Of a stretch of 64,000 bases of DNA, positions 1 to 9,891 are shown one piece after another. Within the stretch, counting starts at the first letter, position 1, and each line of letters opens with the position of its first letter. The notes below the pieces were generated by a model. The model saw nothing but the letters and a program-made list of their open reading frames with translations. It did no database searches and was not told the origin of the DNA. The stretch lies in the sequence record OR413585.1. One strand, 5' to 3'. Position numbers and translations under genes: made by a program.

Positions 1-429
1 AGTATCGACCCACTGAAAGTGAAAGTCGCGGAACTGTTCCCTCGTGATGAATGGGACATCTGGTATTTCCGTTGTTCGTCGGTATTGAATGCAATCAAAC
101 AACTGTCTGATTATCAGCCTGGCCCGTACATCGGTACCTGGCACTGGTACGTCCCACGCACCCCAAACTTCCTCTACTTACACGATGACGATAAACGCAC
201 TCATATTCGCACTGTAGCGACGCCTGAGCGTTTGGAGCGTTATCTGGGGTTAATCCACGACCGTCCTCGTAACGAGCTGCAAAGCATCGTAGAAGTGCTC
301 AGACAGGTACCTTTAGATGGTATCCTGGAACTGGACATGAAAATTGCTGATCGGCCTCGCCACTACTGGGAATTTTCCTGGGTAGATGCGAAATACGAAA
401 ACCATAACGTTATCTATCTGAAGCGTTAA
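1..429 (+). CDS. hypothetical protein, probably 5'-truncated by the window edge
   Basis: Frame is open from base 1; ORF track gives 19..429. Confidence 0.6.
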   Translation, partial: SIDPLKVKVAELFPRDEWDIWYFRCSSVLNAIKQLSDYQPGPYIGTWHWYVPRTPNFLYLHDDDKRTHIRTVATPERLERYLGLIHDRPRNELQSIVEVLRQVPLDGILELDMKIADRPRHYWEFSWVDAKYENHNVIYLKR

Positions 430-439
430 GGGGGACAGG

Positions 440-760
440 ATGTTGAACTGGTTACTTGCGCTGATTAACAAGCGACAAAAACAACTGTACGAAGAAAACC
501 GAGAATTGGCTGCCGCTAACCGTCGTGTACAGGCCGATAACTTGCAGTTAAGACACGATCTCGCGAAACTGGGTGTTAACGCGAGTAGGCTTTGCACGCA
601 CATTAGCCGGTGCCACGATATCATCGAACGTATTGGACACTACCATCTTACGTCCCCTGCGCGTCGCGTCTATGACGCGGCCGTCCAGGGATTGAAAGAT
701 ACCAGGAATGCGTACGACGAGATGTTAGAAGAGTTTAGCAAACGTGAGGATAAATACTAA
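440..760 (+). CDS. hypothetical coiled-coil protein
   Basis: GGGGGA/AGGA upstream; stop overlaps next start (TAATG). Confidence 0.65.
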   Translation: MLNWLLALINKRQKQLYEENRELAAANRRVQADNLQLRHDLAKLGVNASRLCTHISRCHDIIERIGHYHLTSPARRVYDAAVQGLKDTRNAYDEMLEEFSKREDKY

Positions 761-1143
761 TGGAAATGCCAACGAACACCGACTTAGCACTGGCAATCGA
801 ACACATGAAAAACCATCAGCTGACGTTACTGAATGCAAGCACAGAAGGGCAACGTCAAGGGTATGCGCTCGTTGCAAAAGCAGCGTTAGAACTTAACAAG
901 ATTCTACTCGCTAAACTTTACGGGCTGGAAAACAGCGTGCTCCATGCGTCGCACCTGGGCGAAGCCAGCGAGTTAGTTACGAATGTGCGGCTGTATGCAA
1001 GTCGTGAAATGGAACGTTTAACCAACGAATGGAATGTCCAGTGTAACGGCGAGCGTGCTGATAACGATCCACGTAAAGTTGCACTGACGCCAGGTGTGTA
1101 TATCAAGGACGGTAGCATCAACGAATATACCGGATTTAACTGA
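760..1143 (+). CDS. hypothetical protein
   Basis: Translationally coupled to previous ORF. Confidence 0.65.
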   Translation: MEMPTNTDLALAIEHMKNHQLTLLNASTEGQRQGYALVAKAALELNKILLAKLYGLENSVLHASHLGEASELVTNVRLYASREMERLTNEWNVQCNGERADNDPRKVALTPGVYIKDGSINEYTGFN

Positions 1144-1160
1144 TCGGTAGATAAGGGTAA

Positions 1161-1592
1161 TTGATAATGTTAACCATAGACGTAGCTATCTCTATCGAGC
1201 TTCAACGCATCGGTGTAGATACACTAAAACTTCGTTATCGTGATTTACCGCATTACAACAAGATGTTTGATGTTGGGGTGATAAAGTTTTATAACCGATA
1301 CGGGCCAAGAGAACTATGTCTATGGTTTGTCGAGTTAGCGATAACTTATGGCGAGTTTTATCATCCTAATGTACCGCATGTCGAACATGTGTCAAGAGGG
1401 CACCTGGAAACTTCCAGAGAATTCTATCAGCGATTGTATGGCGCGATGGAGGAGTCCGCACCCATCGACTACGACGTACCACCTGAACTGTTATTAATCG
1501 ACCATGAAGGAGAAGCCGGTGTCTATTTCATTACAGGGACTGACTATTCACGAGATTCAGAAATATTTACTCGAGGGCGGGAAACTGACTGA
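1161..1592 (+). CDS. hypothetical protein
   Basis: ORF in co-oriented run; start may be ATG 1167. Confidence 0.55.
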   Translation: MIMLTIDVAISIELQRIGVDTLKLRYRDLPHYNKMFDVGVIKFYNRYGPRELCLWFVELAITYGEFYHPNVPHVEHVSRGHLETSREFYQRLYGAMEESAPIDYDVPPELLLIDHEGEAGVYFITGTDYSRDSEIFTRGRETD

Positions 1593-1824
1593 CGACTATC
1601 AAACCGCAGATATGTTGCTACAGTCATTTGTACCGTTACGTGCTGAGTATTACGAAATCGCGTTCCTGGGCGATGAATATTGTGTCCGCACGCAAGGGCG
1701 TGAATACGAAGCAGTTCGCGTACCGCGCACACTCGGCGGGGTGATGATACTTATCGCTAATATCGAAGCACTCAATGCGAAATGTGCGTTATACATCGCA
1801 CAGGGAGGTCGCAATGGATTTTAA
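1504..1824 (+). CDS. hypothetical protein
   Basis: ORF in co-oriented run; true start may lie downstream of the overlap. Confidence 0.5.
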   Translation: MKEKPVSISLQGLTIHEIQKYLLEGGKLTDDYQTADMLLQSFVPLRAEYYEIAFLGDEYCVRTQGREYEAVRVPRTLGGVMILIANIEALNAKCALYIAQGGRNGF

Positions 1825-1874
1825 GTGGGAACCATTATCGTTAGCAGAAGTTCGTAACAGAATCGATAGAGCTA

Positions 1875-2291
1875 TTGCAAGGAGAAAACATGTTCGGCCT
1901 GTTTCAGGAGAAAAAACAATTGCGTCGCCAATTAGAAATACTGGAATTGGAACTCAGCCTCTCAAAGACTGAGTTGGAAATTTCGAAAGAAGCGTGGAAG
2001 AGAAATCTCGATGAATCTTTCGAAGAACGCCGTAAGCTTACACGATTACTTTCTGAGGAACAGTCTAAGAACCGGAAACTCGAAGACGAGCTACGAGATG
2101 CCCGACGAGATGCGGATCTGCGTGATAAGATGTTGGGATGGAACCTGGGTGCCCTAATCTATTTCATAGAGCAGCGTTGGGAACCAAAGACACTCCTTGA
2201 GTTACTCTATGAAAAACTCTCCTGCGTAGGTAGACGTTCTGCGGCCATCGAGTATTTTCGTAGTCACGGTTTCGAGGTAAAAGATGAGTAA
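1875..2291 (+). CDS. hypothetical coiled-coil protein (likely start ATG 1890)
   Basis: AAGGAG precedes ATG 1890; heptad-rich sequence. Confidence 0.6.
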   Translation: MQGENMFGLFQEKKQLRRQLEILELELSLSKTELEISKEAWKRNLDESFEERRKLTRLLSEEQSKNRKLEDELRDARRDADLRDKMLGWNLGALIYFIEQRWEPKTLLELLYEKLSCVGRRSAAIEYFRSHGFEVKDE

Positions 2292-2334
2292 AAATAACAG
2301 TTTGTTTTCCCTTTAACCATGGAAACCACAAGCA

Positions 2335-2667
2335 ATGAAAACGAAACGAACGTCAGTCGTGTTCCAGCAGGGACGTGCGCGACTCTATAAAGGTAAGAAA
2401 CTCATTGGTACATTCGAGTATCAAGAGAACCAGCTAATCGTCGATGTTATCATTCTCGGTTTAGCAGCGAAGTGGTCACCTTTAAAAAGGACATTAGCCA
2501 AACGTGCGATGGAGAAGCTCCGCCGCGACCAGATAAAAGCATTTAACAAACCTTTTCCACTTGAGGCGTACCGAGTACAGCCTCGTTGCGCACACATCAC
2601 GACGTCACCCATGATTGCTAAGCTCGATGTGACCGATCTGAGAGAAATGTTAACTGTACGGCCGTAG
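2335..2667 (+). CDS. hypothetical basic protein
   Basis: ORF track. Confidence 0.55.
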   Translation: MKTKRTSVVFQQGRARLYKGKKLIGTFEYQENQLIVDVIILGLAAKWSPLKRTLAKRAMEKLRRDQIKAFNKPFPLEAYRVQPRCAHITTSPMIAKLDVTDLREMLTVRP

Positions 2668-2694
2668 TGTCATAGCCCCTTAAGGAGTATTTAA

Positions 2695-3135
2695 ATGTTA
2701 AAGCCACGCAAACAGAAAAGATTACAGTTTGTCAAAATAGTACATCCGGAGTCCCGTCGTGTTACAGGTGGACGTCTCTACGTGGGTAAACACCGTAGTC
2801 GTCTTATCAGCTGGTCGGCAATGGCCAACGTAGCCACCCAACTCCAGGCAATGGTTGAAGACCGTTGTCAGTTAAAAGGGGACTTCTTTCAAGAGAAGAA
2901 ACCCTACCGTGATATCTTCCGTACACTGAAAGCGTGCTGGGTACTCAGTTGGGTGCCTGGCCGCGAACAACTTTATTTTCTGCGTAAGTTCCCACGCCCT
3001 ATGTCGAAAGAAAACATTAGCGTTTTCTTAGACAAACTAAAACGTTTTAATGGCATCGGCATTAACGCTAATAAAGAGCAAGTTTCTGCTACAGTAGCAG
3101 CCCGGAAACTCTTACGCGATTACGTGGCCGATTGA
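2695..3135 (+). CDS. hypothetical basic protein
   Basis: AAGGAG RBS; followed by a terminator. Confidence 0.65.
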   Translation: MLKPRKQKRLQFVKIVHPESRRVTGGRLYVGKHRSRLISWSAMANVATQLQAMVEDRCQLKGDFFQEKKPYRDIFRTLKACWVLSWVPGREQLYFLRKFPRPMSKENISVFLDKLKRFNGIGINANKEQVSATVAARKLLRDYVAD

Positions 3136-3175
3136 CTTGAGAGGCACTTATCCCAAAAGCGGTCAATAAAGCAGC

Positions 3176-3212
3176 ACCCTACTCCTTCGGGAGTAGGGTT
3201 TCTTCTTTTTTT
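3176..3212 (+). terminator. intrinsic terminator
   Basis: ACCCTACTCC-TTCG-GGAGTAGGGT followed by a T tract. Confidence 0.85.
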
Positions 3213-3232
3213 GTCTAGTCCGATTACAATTA

Positions 3233-3276
3233 TTTTCAGATATATATTACTTAGGTGAGAGTTAACCATTAACTCT
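3233..3276 (+). promoter_or_regulatory. phiKZ-type early promoter (TATATTAC at 3243-3250) followed by an inverted repeat
   Basis: TTTTCAGATATATATTACTTAGGTGAGAGTTAACCATTAACTCT; near-identical copy at 51717; TATATTAC is the reported phiKZ early promoter core. Confidence 0.7.
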
Positions 3277-3310
3277 TATCTAATCGACCATTATCTTAAG
3301 GAGTTTTAAC

Positions 3311-3757
3311 ATGTACATTCTGAATAACGAACTTACTAAGTACGCTAGCAAAAACCCGATTATGATTTCTTTCCTAATCGTGATGGCGGCCAACAAACAA
3401 GACCCTAGCGAATTCACTACTGAGGACTTCGAAGAGATTATCGCCAACGCCAAAGAAGCCACGTTCCAGACCACAGAACCTACTCGCGACGAGTTCCCTC
3501 TAGGTGAAGCCGGCGATGTAATGTTTAACGACATGATTGCTTCGTACTACATCAATAAACGTGGTATGGAAATCGAATACGACGAACTTCCTACTAGCAG
3601 CTTTGCTGAAATGATTCGTGATTATCGTCGTCAAGTTGTCTCTGACGATGTCGTAAAGAAATACATGGCACAAATCAGCCCATTCAGTCTTGAATTCGAA
3701 AACCGCGCGGTTGCCTTAGCAACACATCGCCTGCGTTTAGAAAGAGAAGTACACTAA
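3311..3757 (+). CDS. hypothetical early protein
   Basis: AAGGAG RBS; directly downstream of the early promoter. Confidence 0.75.
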   Translation: MYILNNELTKYASKNPIMISFLIVMAANKQDPSEFTTEDFEEIIANAKEATFQTTEPTRDEFPLGEAGDVMFNDMIASYYINKRGMEIEYDELPTSSFAEMIRDYRRQVVSDDVVKKYMAQISPFSLEFENRAVALATHRLRLEREVH

Positions 3758-3818
3758 TAATAACCCGGCGGGCAAAGTCCCGCCAATTCACCTACAATCT
3801 ACAAAAAAGGAATATCCC

Positions 3819-4037
3819 ATGCGCAACCTCTTCTCCAAATCTGAAATCAAACCTGTTGTTGAAACCACCGCCAAACGTAAGCCTGACATGATTGACTTGC
3901 TGCTGAAAATGTCTGCAGCAGAAGCCAAAGCTTTCATGAAAACAATGAAAGACGGCGAGAAAACGATTGATAATGTTGAAGTAACCTACGGTGTTAAAGA
4001 CCGCCCAAAGAATAACGGCCTTGTCTGGGTCTGTTAA
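3819..4037 (+). CDS. hypothetical protein
   Basis: AAAGGA RBS. Confidence 0.65.
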   Translation: MRNLFSKSEIKPVVETTAKRKPDMIDLLLKMSAAEAKAFMKTMKDGEKTIDNVEVTYGVKDRPKNNGLVWVC

Positions 4038-4058
4038 TCGACGATTGAGGATAGAGTC

Positions 4059-4490
4059 GTGAACGTAATCAAAAAGCTGAACGGCGATACTTTCCATGCT
4101 CTGATGCCGAAGGGTGCACGCATTCGGATAAACAACAAAAACAAACCCTATAAGACGGACTACACGTTCGACACCACCGACCACGCATTCGGTATCTGCG
4201 ACGAAGGGACGAACGATGTCAAATGGATTATCGTGGTATACGAAACGTCTAGTGGGTATAAGTTCTGGGATGCCTATGAACTGCAGAAGGGCTATTGGTG
4301 GTATGTCAGTTGGGAAGCTTTCAATGACAAGGTATCTTATTCGTGGAACGACTTCCCGCACTTTTGCTGGGATAGTTGGTTTCATGATTGCGGGGATAAG
4401 ATTTCTGATCTTGTCCAGGAACTCTACAAACACTACAAAGAACACAATGGAAACTTCGTCTATCCTGAATGGGAACTGCCGAAGTCGTGA
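4059..4490 (+). CDS. hypothetical aromatic-rich protein
   Basis: GAGG upstream of a GTG start; terminator follows. Confidence 0.7.
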   Translation: MNVIKKLNGDTFHALMPKGARIRINNKNKPYKTDYTFDTTDHAFGICDEGTNDVKWIIVVYETSSGYKFWDAYELQKGYWWYVSWEAFNDKVSYSWNDFPHFCWDSWFHDCGDKISDLVQELYKHYKEHNGNFVYPEWELPKS

Positions 4491-4494
4491 AGAA

Positions 4495-4523
4495 AAGGGA
4501 GCTTCGGCTCCCCTTCTTTTTTT
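4495..4523 (+). terminator. intrinsic terminator
   Basis: AAGGGAGC-TTCG-GCTCCCTT plus T tract. Confidence 0.85.
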
Positions 4524-4644
4524 GTTTCCTTTTCTTTTTTTGTTTGCTCTTGTTCGGATTCTGGTACGCACCACGCTTTTAATATGCTGGCAGGGGGTCT
4601 AAAAATCTTACGACCTCAATAATCCCTTAACTCGAGTTAACGCG

Positions 4645-5442
4645 ATGTCTTTTACTTCAAAACAGAATCTGCTAAAACTCATCAACGAAGAGAATAAGAT
4701 AAGCCCACCGCTTACCTTTGACGATGTTGATATCGGACTGCCGGAGGTTGTGTCAGTAGACGGTCGTGATTCGGAGGTAGTCCTTACCTCAAAAATGCGC
4801 GGTGATGAAGGTACGCAAGTGATTGTGGACTACCATCGTCGTCCATTAGAGGACTACCTTAAAGGCGATGTTGCCTTTGGAGACGAGGACGTGCAAACCA
4901 CGCACGACTTACTCGCGGCGATTAACGAGCGTTTTAATCTGTCTATCTTACCTGAGGATATCGAAGATAACCCCATTGATGGACAGACGCACACAGTCGT
5001 TGCTGTTGAAACTTCCCACGAGTGGCGAAGTCAAGCGGTCATCGAGCTGAAACCTGCTACACCTCTGGCAGAAGTAGTAACCAATACAGAGTTGAGCGGT
5101 CTTCTGTACCCGGATCACCAGGACATCCAGTTGGGTCAGGCGTATATCTATTCGCGTGACATCGATTGTAGCCACATCTCTCGTTTCCTGAGCCTCTTAG
5201 CGGTCGGTATCGAGGTAGATGACACGGCGTTGGCAATCGAACTCAACAAATGTGTTCCTGAGATTTGGGTAGCTGAAGATACCCCATCCCCGTATAACCT
5301 GCGTGGTGCCACTGTCGTATTCGACGGCGTACCTGCAGACTTGCCGGGAGCAAATACGGCGTTCGCGAAAGTCGTGTCAGTGCAACTGACCGATAAATGT
5401 ACGAACTTCCAGGGCAGCCTCAACCTACACTTTAACAACTAG
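4645..5442 (+). CDS. putative virion structural protein, paralog family A
   Basis: Shares N-terminal ...Y(H/D)RR/L.., linker T.L.GL.YP and C-terminal L.LHFN motifs with neighbours. Confidence 0.75.
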   Translation: MSFTSKQNLLKLINEENKISPPLTFDDVDIGLPEVVSVDGRDSEVVLTSKMRGDEGTQVIVDYHRRPLEDYLKGDVAFGDEDVQTTHDLLAAINERFNLSILPEDIEDNPIDGQTHTVVAVETSHEWRSQAVIELKPATPLAEVVTNTELSGLLYPDHQDIQLGQAYIYSRDIDCSHISRFLSLLAVGIEVDDTALAIELNKCVPEIWVAEDTPSPYNLRGATVVFDGVPADLPGANTAFAKVVSVQLTDKCTNFQGSLNLHFNN

Positions 5443-5452
5443 GAGGGTATAG

Positions 5453-6295
5453 GTGTCTATTTACGATAAGCCCTCGAAAGAGATGTTGTTAGATGCTATT
5501 AACCGACAGAACGGATTAACGGCCAATCCACTCACATGGGAGCAGGTTGCAACTGGCTTCCCTGAGTCTGTCCAAACGCCTGGCGCTGACCGGAATACGC
5601 GTGTGCTCTTATACGGGTTGAACGGCAAGGGCTACAAAGGCAACGTTACGCTCGAATACGACCGTATCGAAATGGAAATTCTGTTCAGGAACGTAATACC
5701 GGTAGTCGTTGCCGACCCGGTAAATAAACTCTCTGAGTTGTTGCCGTTTCTGAATGCGAAATACGGCTTGTCTTTAGTTGCCGACGATATCGTTGACCAG
5801 TCAGTAAAAGATTTGGGAGAAAGCTGGTTAATCGATGTGACTATTAAGCCCGGTTGCTTGGCCTGGCAAGGTGGTTTCCGTTTACGCTTTGCGAAGTTCT
5901 TCCCGAACTTGGCGGATGTGGTGACGGATGTTGACCTCAGCGCAATTATCGCGCCGTTCGTGGTTGCTAGTAAACCACAGGCTGAGTATGTGGCGTATGG
6001 TTACGATTGGACTGAACTGCAAAAACAGTTCACTACCGATTGGGCTTACAACCGCGCAATCACCGCGGCGGATGTTGAATTGCTTAACGAAGTGGTGCCA
6101 TTAAAGTTTGCATATGTGACGGGGGCGACTGCGCAACCTGAACAAATTGCGCTTCAAGGTGCACGATATATGGGGATAACTTCAGTCACACCGAACGATA
6201 GTTACAACCCCGATTATCAGCGTGTGGCGATTATCAAGCTAGCTGCGGACAGCAACTACGCCGGTAATCTCATCCTTCACTATCTCCCGATATAA
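5453..6295 (+). CDS. putative virion structural protein, paralog family A
   Basis: RNTRV..GKGYKGNVTLEYDR motif; ends LILHYLPI. Confidence 0.75.
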   Translation: MSIYDKPSKEMLLDAINRQNGLTANPLTWEQVATGFPESVQTPGADRNTRVLLYGLNGKGYKGNVTLEYDRIEMEILFRNVIPVVVADPVNKLSELLPFLNAKYGLSLVADDIVDQSVKDLGESWLIDVTIKPGCLAWQGGFRLRFAKFFPNLADVVTDVDLSAIIAPFVVASKPQAEYVAYGYDWTELQKQFTTDWAYNRAITAADVELLNEVVPLKFAYVTGATAQPEQIALQGARYMGITSVTPNDSYNPDYQRVAIIKLAADSNYAGNLILHYLPI

Positions 6296-6305
6296 GGATT
6301 TTGAC

Positions 6306-7151
6306 ATGCCACTTTTAGCCACTGCTGAAAAGATTATTATCGCGGAGGTTAACGTCGAAAACAATCTCGATTTAAAAGTCGAAGATGTGGTTTTCGGCGT
6401 CCCTGCGATTCCGACGTCTGACGAAGACCTGGCAAAAGCCAATGGTCATAACGCGATGGTGCGCATTCAGGCATTGGCCACCGCTAATGCTATCGGTGCC
6501 ACTACCGTGTATTACGATCGTGTTGACTTCGCAGACATGTTTACTGACCCAGATGGGATTCAACCTCTACGTGTTCCTGCACGTCTCGACGCTGTTTACC
6601 AGATGCATGACGTGGTCGGGTTAATTAACCAGTATTACGGTCTCAGCCTTAAACCCGCAGATGTGGTGAATACCGAAATCGACAGGAAGACATGGCGTGT
6701 GGATCTGATTGCCACGCCCACTTCTTTAGGTTGGATAGGGCAACAACAGGTACAGCTGTTACCAGGCGATGCGTTGCTTCCTGCAAACTTCGAACCCTTA
6801 ACAGTGACACCTTACGAGTATCCGTATTTTAACATCAAGGTCGGTCAAGGTGCAGTTTATTCGTATCCCTGGCGCTTTGATAATTTCGCGGAGGAATTTC
6901 AACGACTAGGTGCTGCGATAACCGCAGAACGTCTGGCACAGATTCTCAAAACGGTCACCGGTGATAACTGGACAACGTACCGTAACCCAATCGACTTTAA
7001 CCTTCGTGAAGCCGTCGTCGTCTATAACGGGCGTAACAAAGCGGAATTACCAACCAACCCAGCAGTCGACAACGTGCTGATTGTGGAGCTGTCGTTGTAC
7101 TGTCTGAATTTTGGCGGGCGTTTGTATTTGCACTACAACGACCCTGATTAA
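6306..7151 (+). CDS. putative virion structural protein, paralog family A
   Basis: TTVYYDRV motif; ends LYLHYNDPD. Confidence 0.75.
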   Translation: MPLLATAEKIIIAEVNVENNLDLKVEDVVFGVPAIPTSDEDLAKANGHNAMVRIQALATANAIGATTVYYDRVDFADMFTDPDGIQPLRVPARLDAVYQMHDVVGLINQYYGLSLKPADVVNTEIDRKTWRVDLIATPTSLGWIGQQQVQLLPGDALLPANFEPLTVTPYEYPYFNIKVGQGAVYSYPWRFDNFAEEFQRLGAAITAERLAQILKTVTGDNWTTYRNPIDFNLREAVVVYNGRNKAELPTNPAVDNVLIVELSLYCLNFGGRLYLHYNDPD

Positions 7152-7172
7152 TCCTGAGTAAAGGAAGTAAGA

Positions 7173-8084
7173 ATGAAACCTTTAAACAAAACGTCCGATC
7201 AGCTGGTTCTGGATTTTATTAATGAGAAAAACCCAGACGCAGAACTGGAACTTTCTAAAATAACGCTCGGCACACCGACCCCTATTGTCGATGAAGGTGC
7301 CGATCGCAATACCAGCATGACCCTGACTGCGAAAAAGAACTCCGGGTACATCGGTACTCAGGACGTGACTTATAATCGCCTGGAAGGCAGTGCGCTGTTC
7401 CGTAATGTAACAGCATACCTCGACGTTAAACTGCCGAAAACCACCACCGACCTGCTGACGACCCTGAACACCCAATACGGATTGAAGCTGACCGAAGACG
7501 ATATCGTTCCGGCGGCTATTCCGGAAAATACCAACCCACCGCTGACTAACCCGAACGATCCGGACCCAGCACCGGTTGACCATGTCATTACCTTCAAAGA
7601 AGACTGCTACGCTTATCTGGGCAGCATCCCGGTTAAAATCGGTGCTAAGCCTCAGGTTGGTGAACGTCTGAGTCTGGTGGTAACACAAACCAAGCTCGAC
7701 GGCCTGGTTTACCCAGATGGTCCAAGCGAAGCGAAGGGTCAGGGCTACATCTACTCTTACGGTGTAGACTGCACAGCAATCGCAGCATTCCTGAAAGTAC
7801 AGGCGAAAGGTGTTATCGCTGGCGACTCTGCATTCCCGGTTGAGCTGAATAAAGTTGTGCCGGAACTGTGGGTTGCATCTGATGAGCCTGCGGATTATAA
7901 CCTGAAAGGTGCTAACGTGTTGTACGTTGGTTCTACTGCTGACGACGGCACTGCTTCAGGCGACGATCCTAAGAAACCGGTTGAAGGTGCAAACACTGCT
8001 TACAACCAGGTTCTGCTGCTGCAGCTGGATGACACTCTGTGCACCAACTTCCAGGGCGTCATGTACCTGCACTTTAATGCCTAA
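7173..8084 (+). CDS. putative virion structural protein, paralog family A
   Basis: RNTSM..SGYIGTQDVTYNRL; TKLDGLVYP; ends MYLHFNA; two Pro/Asp-rich insertions. Confidence 0.75.
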   Translation: MKPLNKTSDQLVLDFINEKNPDAELELSKITLGTPTPIVDEGADRNTSMTLTAKKNSGYIGTQDVTYNRLEGSALFRNVTAYLDVKLPKTTTDLLTTLNTQYGLKLTEDDIVPAAIPENTNPPLTNPNDPDPAPVDHVITFKEDCYAYLGSIPVKIGAKPQVGERLSLVVTQTKLDGLVYPDGPSEAKGQGYIYSYGVDCTAIAAFLKVQAKGVIAGDSAFPVELNKVVPELWVASDEPADYNLKGANVLYVGSTADDGTASGDDPKKPVEGANTAYNQVLLLQLDDTLCTNFQGVMYLHFNA

Positions 8085-8093
8085 TTAGGCCTC

Positions 8094-8137
8094 GCTGGGA
8101 GGAGGAAATCCTCCTCCTGGCTACTCCTTTCTTTTTT
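8094..8137 (+). terminator. intrinsic terminator
   Basis: GGAGGAGG-AAAT-CCTCCTCC stem then T-rich tail. Confidence 0.7.
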
Positions 8138-8993
8138 GGCCGAGGAGGCTATTATGGCTTTATATAGTCTGTCTCAGCGACAATATCTGTACGATGCGAT
8201 TAATGCCGAAAACCCGGATGCTGTTCTACCGATGGGTTTAGACAATGCTATCATCGGTACGCCGAAAGCAATCACACCGACAGCAAGCGGTGCCAATACT
8301 GAGATTATCATTCGTGGTCGTCAAGGTCGTGGCTATATCGGTCCTCAGACGTTCCGTTATAAGCGCTTGTCGCTGAACGACTTATTTAAGAACATGACAC
8401 CTCAGGTAACTGCACCGAATGCCTACGGTTGGCTGAACGTGGAGTCGAAACGTACTGCGTTTGCGCAGAACCTGAACGGTCGTTATGGGTTAAACCTGGT
8501 CGCAGATGATATCCCAGAACAATACGTTTATCTGAACGTAAACAACACGATGCGCATTAACGCTAGCTGTATCCAATACACTGGCAGCATCACCTTTATG
8601 TCTATCCGGGGTAAGAATAGCCTCGAAGACCTCGTGGTAAACGACATCTTGTCGGCTTTGAACCACCCTGCAGCAGCAAGCACTGGTAAGAAATACATGG
8701 GCTTCTTGACGTACGGGGAAGACTTTACTGATGAAGTGCAGGTTATGGCCTCGTTTAAGAACGGGCGAATGGACGTAGGAAGTAACTTTGATTTGGGTTA
8801 CACGTCCAATCTGATGGCCACATTGGTCGCACGTGGGGTACCGTCGTTTGATCCGACGAACTGCACAATTACCCGCTACAAAACGAGTGAGTTGGCGACC
8901 GCCAATAAAGCGTACGATAACGTATTGCTGATTACCGGCATTCAGAACGACCCGAAAGTAATCGGCGAGTGTATGTTGCACTACAACAACTAG
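8136..8993 (+). CDS. putative virion structural protein, paralog family A (likely start ATG 8154)
   Basis: GAGGAGG precedes ATG 8154; GRGYIGPQTFRYKRL; ends MLHYNN. Confidence 0.75.
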   Translation: MAEEAIMALYSLSQRQYLYDAINAENPDAVLPMGLDNAIIGTPKAITPTASGANTEIIIRGRQGRGYIGPQTFRYKRLSLNDLFKNMTPQVTAPNAYGWLNVESKRTAFAQNLNGRYGLNLVADDIPEQYVYLNVNNTMRINASCIQYTGSITFMSIRGKNSLEDLVVNDILSALNHPAAASTGKKYMGFLTYGEDFTDEVQVMASFKNGRMDVGSNFDLGYTSNLMATLVARGVPSFDPTNCTITRYKTSELATANKAYDNVLLITGIQNDPKVIGECMLHYNN

Positions 8994-9003
8994 GAATTAG
9001 CGA

Positions 9004-9891
9004 ATGGCTATTTATCAACCTTCTAAAGACGTCCTGTTGGCAGCAGTGAACGCACAGAACTCGCTTGCTGTTAAGATGACTGATATCATCTGGTCCACGC
9101 CAAAGGACATTCGTGGTACGGAGAAGGAAACGCTGACTAACCGTAACACGCAAATTAAAATTACGGCAGATGGAGTAACGGGCTCTACCTGGTCGGGTAA
9201 GAAAAATGTCTTCTACAACCGCATGAAAGTCGAAGACTTGTTAGTGCTGATTGGTGACACGTTGGCGATCGGCCCATCCAACGAAACCTTGTATGCGGCC
9301 ATTCCTGGACTGAACCAACGTTACGGTTTTGTTCTGGAAGAAGCTGACCTGCAGGACGCAGATATCGAATGGAACGGTGATAAGACTGAAGGAACTGTGC
9401 GTGTTGTTGCACATCCAGAGTCTATCGGTTGGGTTGGACAGGCGACATTTAAAGTCGTGAAAGGCGATGAGTCGTTAGTCTCTGCGGTCACCACTAACGT
9501 CCTGACCGGTCTGAAATACCCGAACGGTCAGATGGGTTCCGAAACCGTTACTGCGGTCATTGCAGAGGTTTATTCCTACCCGTACAACTTCACCAAATAC
9601 CGTGATGAGTTGCTGGCATACGTGCCGGGTATTCTGTCCGGACAGCCGTTGACGGATATGGTTAACCTGCTGAAAGATATTACGGGTACTGCATGGGTAG
9701 CGACCACCTCCGCTTCCTACGGTTTGGCGGGCGCGGAGGTTATCAGCGTTGGTCTGAATGACCCTGTTGCAATGCCGACAAACGCGAAGTACAAGTATGC
9801 GCTGGTGTTGAAACTGCCTGTTACCTGTACCACCATCGTCGGAACGTTGTATCTCCAGTTCAACGATCTGGACGATCCAAGCGAGGTATAA
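9004..9891 (+). CDS. putative virion structural protein, paralog family A
   Basis: RNTQI..KNVFYNRM; VLTGLKYP; ends LYLQFNDLD. Confidence 0.75.
   Translation: MAIYQPSKDVLLAAVNAQNSLAVKMTDIIWSTPKDIRGTEKETLTNRNTQIKITADGVTGSTWSGKKNVFYNRMKVEDLLVLIGDTLAIGPSNETLYAAIPGLNQRYGFVLEEADLQDADIEWNGDKTEGTVRVVAHPESIGWVGQATFKVVKGDESLVSAVTTNVLTGLKYPNGQMGSETVTAVIAEVYSYPYNFTKYRDELLAYVPGILSGQPLTDMVNLLKDITGTAWVATTSASYGLAGAEVISVGLNDPVAMPTNAKYKYALVLKLPVTCTTIVGTLYLQFNDLDDPSEV

Noticed and set aside
3792-4574. 260-aa minus-strand ORF and other long antisense ORFs over well-supported genes
   Set aside because: Antisense shadows with no RBS; they overlap plus-strand genes that have RBSs and terminators.
4583-4586. TATG upstream of structural genes (also near 24239, 44742 and 54898) as phiKZ-type late promoters
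   Set aside because: A 4-mer is too common to call without transcription start data.
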